Made by a program: the position numbers and the translations under genes
Shown: positions 62,286 to 64,000 of the stretch, piece after piece
Layout of the letters: each line of letters opens with the position of its first letter
How positions within the stretch are numbered: the first letter of the stretch is position 1
NCBI GenBank assembly: GCA_027459785.1
Contig: DAIDGU010000057.1
Coordinates: 34,150-98,149, forward strand
Direction of reading: 5' to 3'
Origin: Ktedonobacteria bacterium
GTDB lineage: Bacteria; Chloroflexota; Ktedonobacteria; Ktedonobacterales; JACDGC01
DNA: 64,000 nucleotides
The notes under the pieces: generated by a model
The model's database searches: none
The model's input: only the letters and a program-made list of their open reading frames with translations
Told to the model about the DNA's origin: nothing

Positions 62286-63107
62286 ATGCCCAATGCGACG
62301 ATCAACGGCATCACCATGCATTATGCGGATTACGGGCCGGCGACGGGGCTGCCGGTGATCTTGCTGCATGCGTTCCCCACGCGGGGCGATCTGTGGGCGG
62401 GTCAAGCTCAGGCGCTGGCGACGGAGATCGGCAGCCGCGTGATCGTGCCGGATCTGCGTGGCTTCGGCGCGACGGACGCGCCCGCCGGGCCGTATCCGAT
62501 GGACCTGCTGGCGCGCGACGTGTTGGCGCTGGCGGATCTCCTGAACTTGCCGCGTTTCGTCTTGGGTGGCATGTCGATGGGCGGCTATATCGCCTTCGCC
62601 GTGGTCCGCCTGGCCGGCGACCGCCTGCGTGGCTTGATCCTAGCTGATACGCGCGCCGGGGCCGATAGCGACGATGGCCGTGCCGGGCGCGAGTCCGTGG
62701 CGCAACTGGCGGAGCGCGAGGGATCTGCTGCCGTGGCTGAACTGATGGTGCCACGCCTGCTTTCCGGCGCGGGTACGATGAATCCCGACCTATCCCGCAC
62801 CGTGCGCGGCTGGATCTCGGCGAACCAGCCGCAAGGCATCGCGGGAGCGACACGCGGGATGGCCCTCCGGCCCGACTCGACCGAACTGCTGGGCCGGATC
62901 GCCTGCCCCACGCTGGTCATCTGTGGCGACCTGGATACGACGACCCCCATCCACGAGGCGCGGGCTATGTTCGAGGCGCTCCCCGCCGCCACCCTGGAAG
63001 TCATGGTCAACGCCGCTCACCTGAGCAATCTGGAAGCGCCCGACGCCTTCAATATGACGCTGATACATTTCGTGCGCGGCCTGGAACAGGCGACTCCTGC
63101 CGGGTGA
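62286..63107 (+). CDS. alpha/beta-fold hydrolase
   Basis: LLHAFP, the nucleophile elbow GGMSMGG and a C-terminal His context NAAHLSN. GGAGGAGG RBS. Confidence 0.85.
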   Translation: MPNATINGITMHYADYGPATGLPVILLHAFPTRGDLWAGQAQALATEIGSRVIVPDLRGFGATDAPAGPYPMDLLARDVLALADLLNLPRFVLGGMSMGGYIAFAVVRLAGDRLRGLILADTRAGADSDDGRAGRESVAQLAEREGSAAVAELMVPRLLSGAGTMNPDLSRTVRGWISANQPQGIAGATRGMALRPDSTELLGRIACPTLVICGDLDTTTPIHEARAMFEALPAATLEVMVNAAHLSNLEAPDAFNMTLIHFVRGLEQATPAG

Positions 63108-63272
63108 TGCCCAGGACGGGTGATCACAACCGTACTAGCTACCGCATCCATGCTCGCCATCCACTCCCCCGATAAGTGTTCTTTCTAGGACTTTCTGCCC
63201 GTTCCTCTTGCAGAGCAGGCACATCTGCGCTAGGATACAAGCCAGCCTCGTTGAGCAGGAGCAGGGAATCGT

Positions 63273-64000
63273 ATGGATTTGCAGGATTTGGGTGCGTGGG
63301 ATAGCCGGCTGGTGCGTGGTATGGCGCTGCCGGGCATCGCGCCGGAGACCGGAGATGCGCTGGTGACGGCGCTGGGGGCGCTGGGGTGCGAAGCGGAATA
63401 CGGCATCGATCTGCTGCACAGCAACGCGACATTGCCGCGCCCGACGCAGTCCCAGGGCGACCATTGGCTGCGCCAGTGTTACGGGCTGTGCCAGCGCCTC
63501 ATTCGTCTGTCGGCGGAATATGAGGTGGCGGCGCAAAGCTACCTGACCGCGCTGGAACGCCTGGATGGGCAGGTAGCCGTCCTGCCGACGGCACAGGCGG
63601 GGGCGAGCCGCGATTCCTGGTCGGCGCAATTCGATGCCACGCCGGACGTGTGGTGGCCGGAACGCGGCGACATCGCGCTGGCTGGCGAGCCGTGGGACTT
63701 CTGGCTGCGGCGGGCGGGATATTCTTATCGCCACGTCGTCACCGTCGGGCTGACGGAACACCTAGAAGCCCTCAGCGATGCGCTGCATCTGGTATTGCAT
63801 GCGCTGCACACCCTGCCACCGGGCGGCGTGCTGACGCATGCTTCGCTGGCCCTGGGCTTGCACATGCTTTCCGCCACCTTCGAAGGCGACCTGATCCCCC
63901 ATCACATGCTGGATATCGACGACCGGCATGTGGGCCTGCTGACGGGCATCGCGGCCATCGCCCGGCTACAGACTGGCTCCGCCAGCCTGCCCACCGATAT
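63273..64000 (+). CDS. hypothetical protein (open to the window end; not in the ORF track)
   Basis: Own translation: MDLQDLGAWDSRLVRGMALPGIAPETGDALV... It runs 242 codons without a stop, with GC3-rich codons. GAGCAGGAG upstream. Preferred over antisense track ORF 63135..63761. Confidence 0.5.
   Translation, partial: MDLQDLGAWDSRLVRGMALPGIAPETGDALVTALGALGCEAEYGIDLLHSNATLPRPTQSQGDHWLRQCYGLCQRLIRLSAEYEVAAQSYLTALERLDGQVAVLPTAQAGASRDSWSAQFDATPDVWWPERGDIALAGEPWDFWLRRAGYSYRHVVTVGLTEHLEALSDALHLVLHALHTLPPGGVLTHASLALGLHMLSATFEGDLIPHHMLDIDDRHVGLLTGIAAIARLQTGSASLPTD

Noticed and set aside
63135-63761. 208-aa minus-strand ORF at the right end of the window.
   Set aside because: The product is Arg/Pro/Gln-rich and repetitive. 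The opposite strand carries a longer open frame from an ATG at 63273 with an upstream purine-rich RBS and GC3-rich codons, running to the window end.

Overview
This is a high-GC bacterial chromosomal window. Hand-counted 60-nt samples give about 67% GC in typical genes and about 37% in one island. It is densely coding, with roughly 55 supportable CDSs.

The ORF track contains many long spurious antisense ORFs, as expected at this GC. I found no rRNA, tRNA or CRISPR array by eye.

Housekeeping content: the gap-pgk-tpiA operon, HU, panD, lepB, murJ, an accC-like biotin carboxylase, argS, coaX, msrA, a class I (DhnA-type) FBP aldolase, a CDF metal exporter, two tandem M20 peptidases plus a glutamine-synthetase-family gene, and a NarL/HisKA_3 two-component pair.

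The centre of the window (32.0-43.3 kb, minus strand) is a complete monoderm-style Tad/Flp pilus locus:
- Genes in order: flp pilin (50 aa, absent from the ORF track), cpaB, receiver-fused cpaE/tadZ, cpaF, tadB, tadC, two tadE-like genes and a large tadG-like gene.
- No secretin or prepilin peptidase is present in the window.
- It is preceded by a LuxR-type response regulator and a HisKA_3 kinase-like gene whose H-box appears to lack the phospho-accepting His.
- It is split by a ~2 kb AT-rich insertion carrying an MFS transporter and a DUF4242 gene.

The most unusual signals are non-genic:
1. A perfectly conserved 14-bp palindrome, GTTCCACGTGGAAC, occurs 8 times, 3 of them inside tad CDSs.
2. 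An IS200-like REP-associated tyrosine transposase (RAYT) is flanked by inverted REP hairpins. Related REP/REPIN copies elsewhere show compensatory stem changes.
3. At least three further short-repeat families are present.
4. Five perfect DnaA boxes fall within 3.1 kb (48.5-51.6 kb), with a dense box cluster, an AT-rich tract and a gene-orientation switch. No dnaA gene is present. The cluster abuts a solitary fliP (flagellar/T3SS export-gate) homologue.

All family calls come from reading motifs by eye. No database search was possible.
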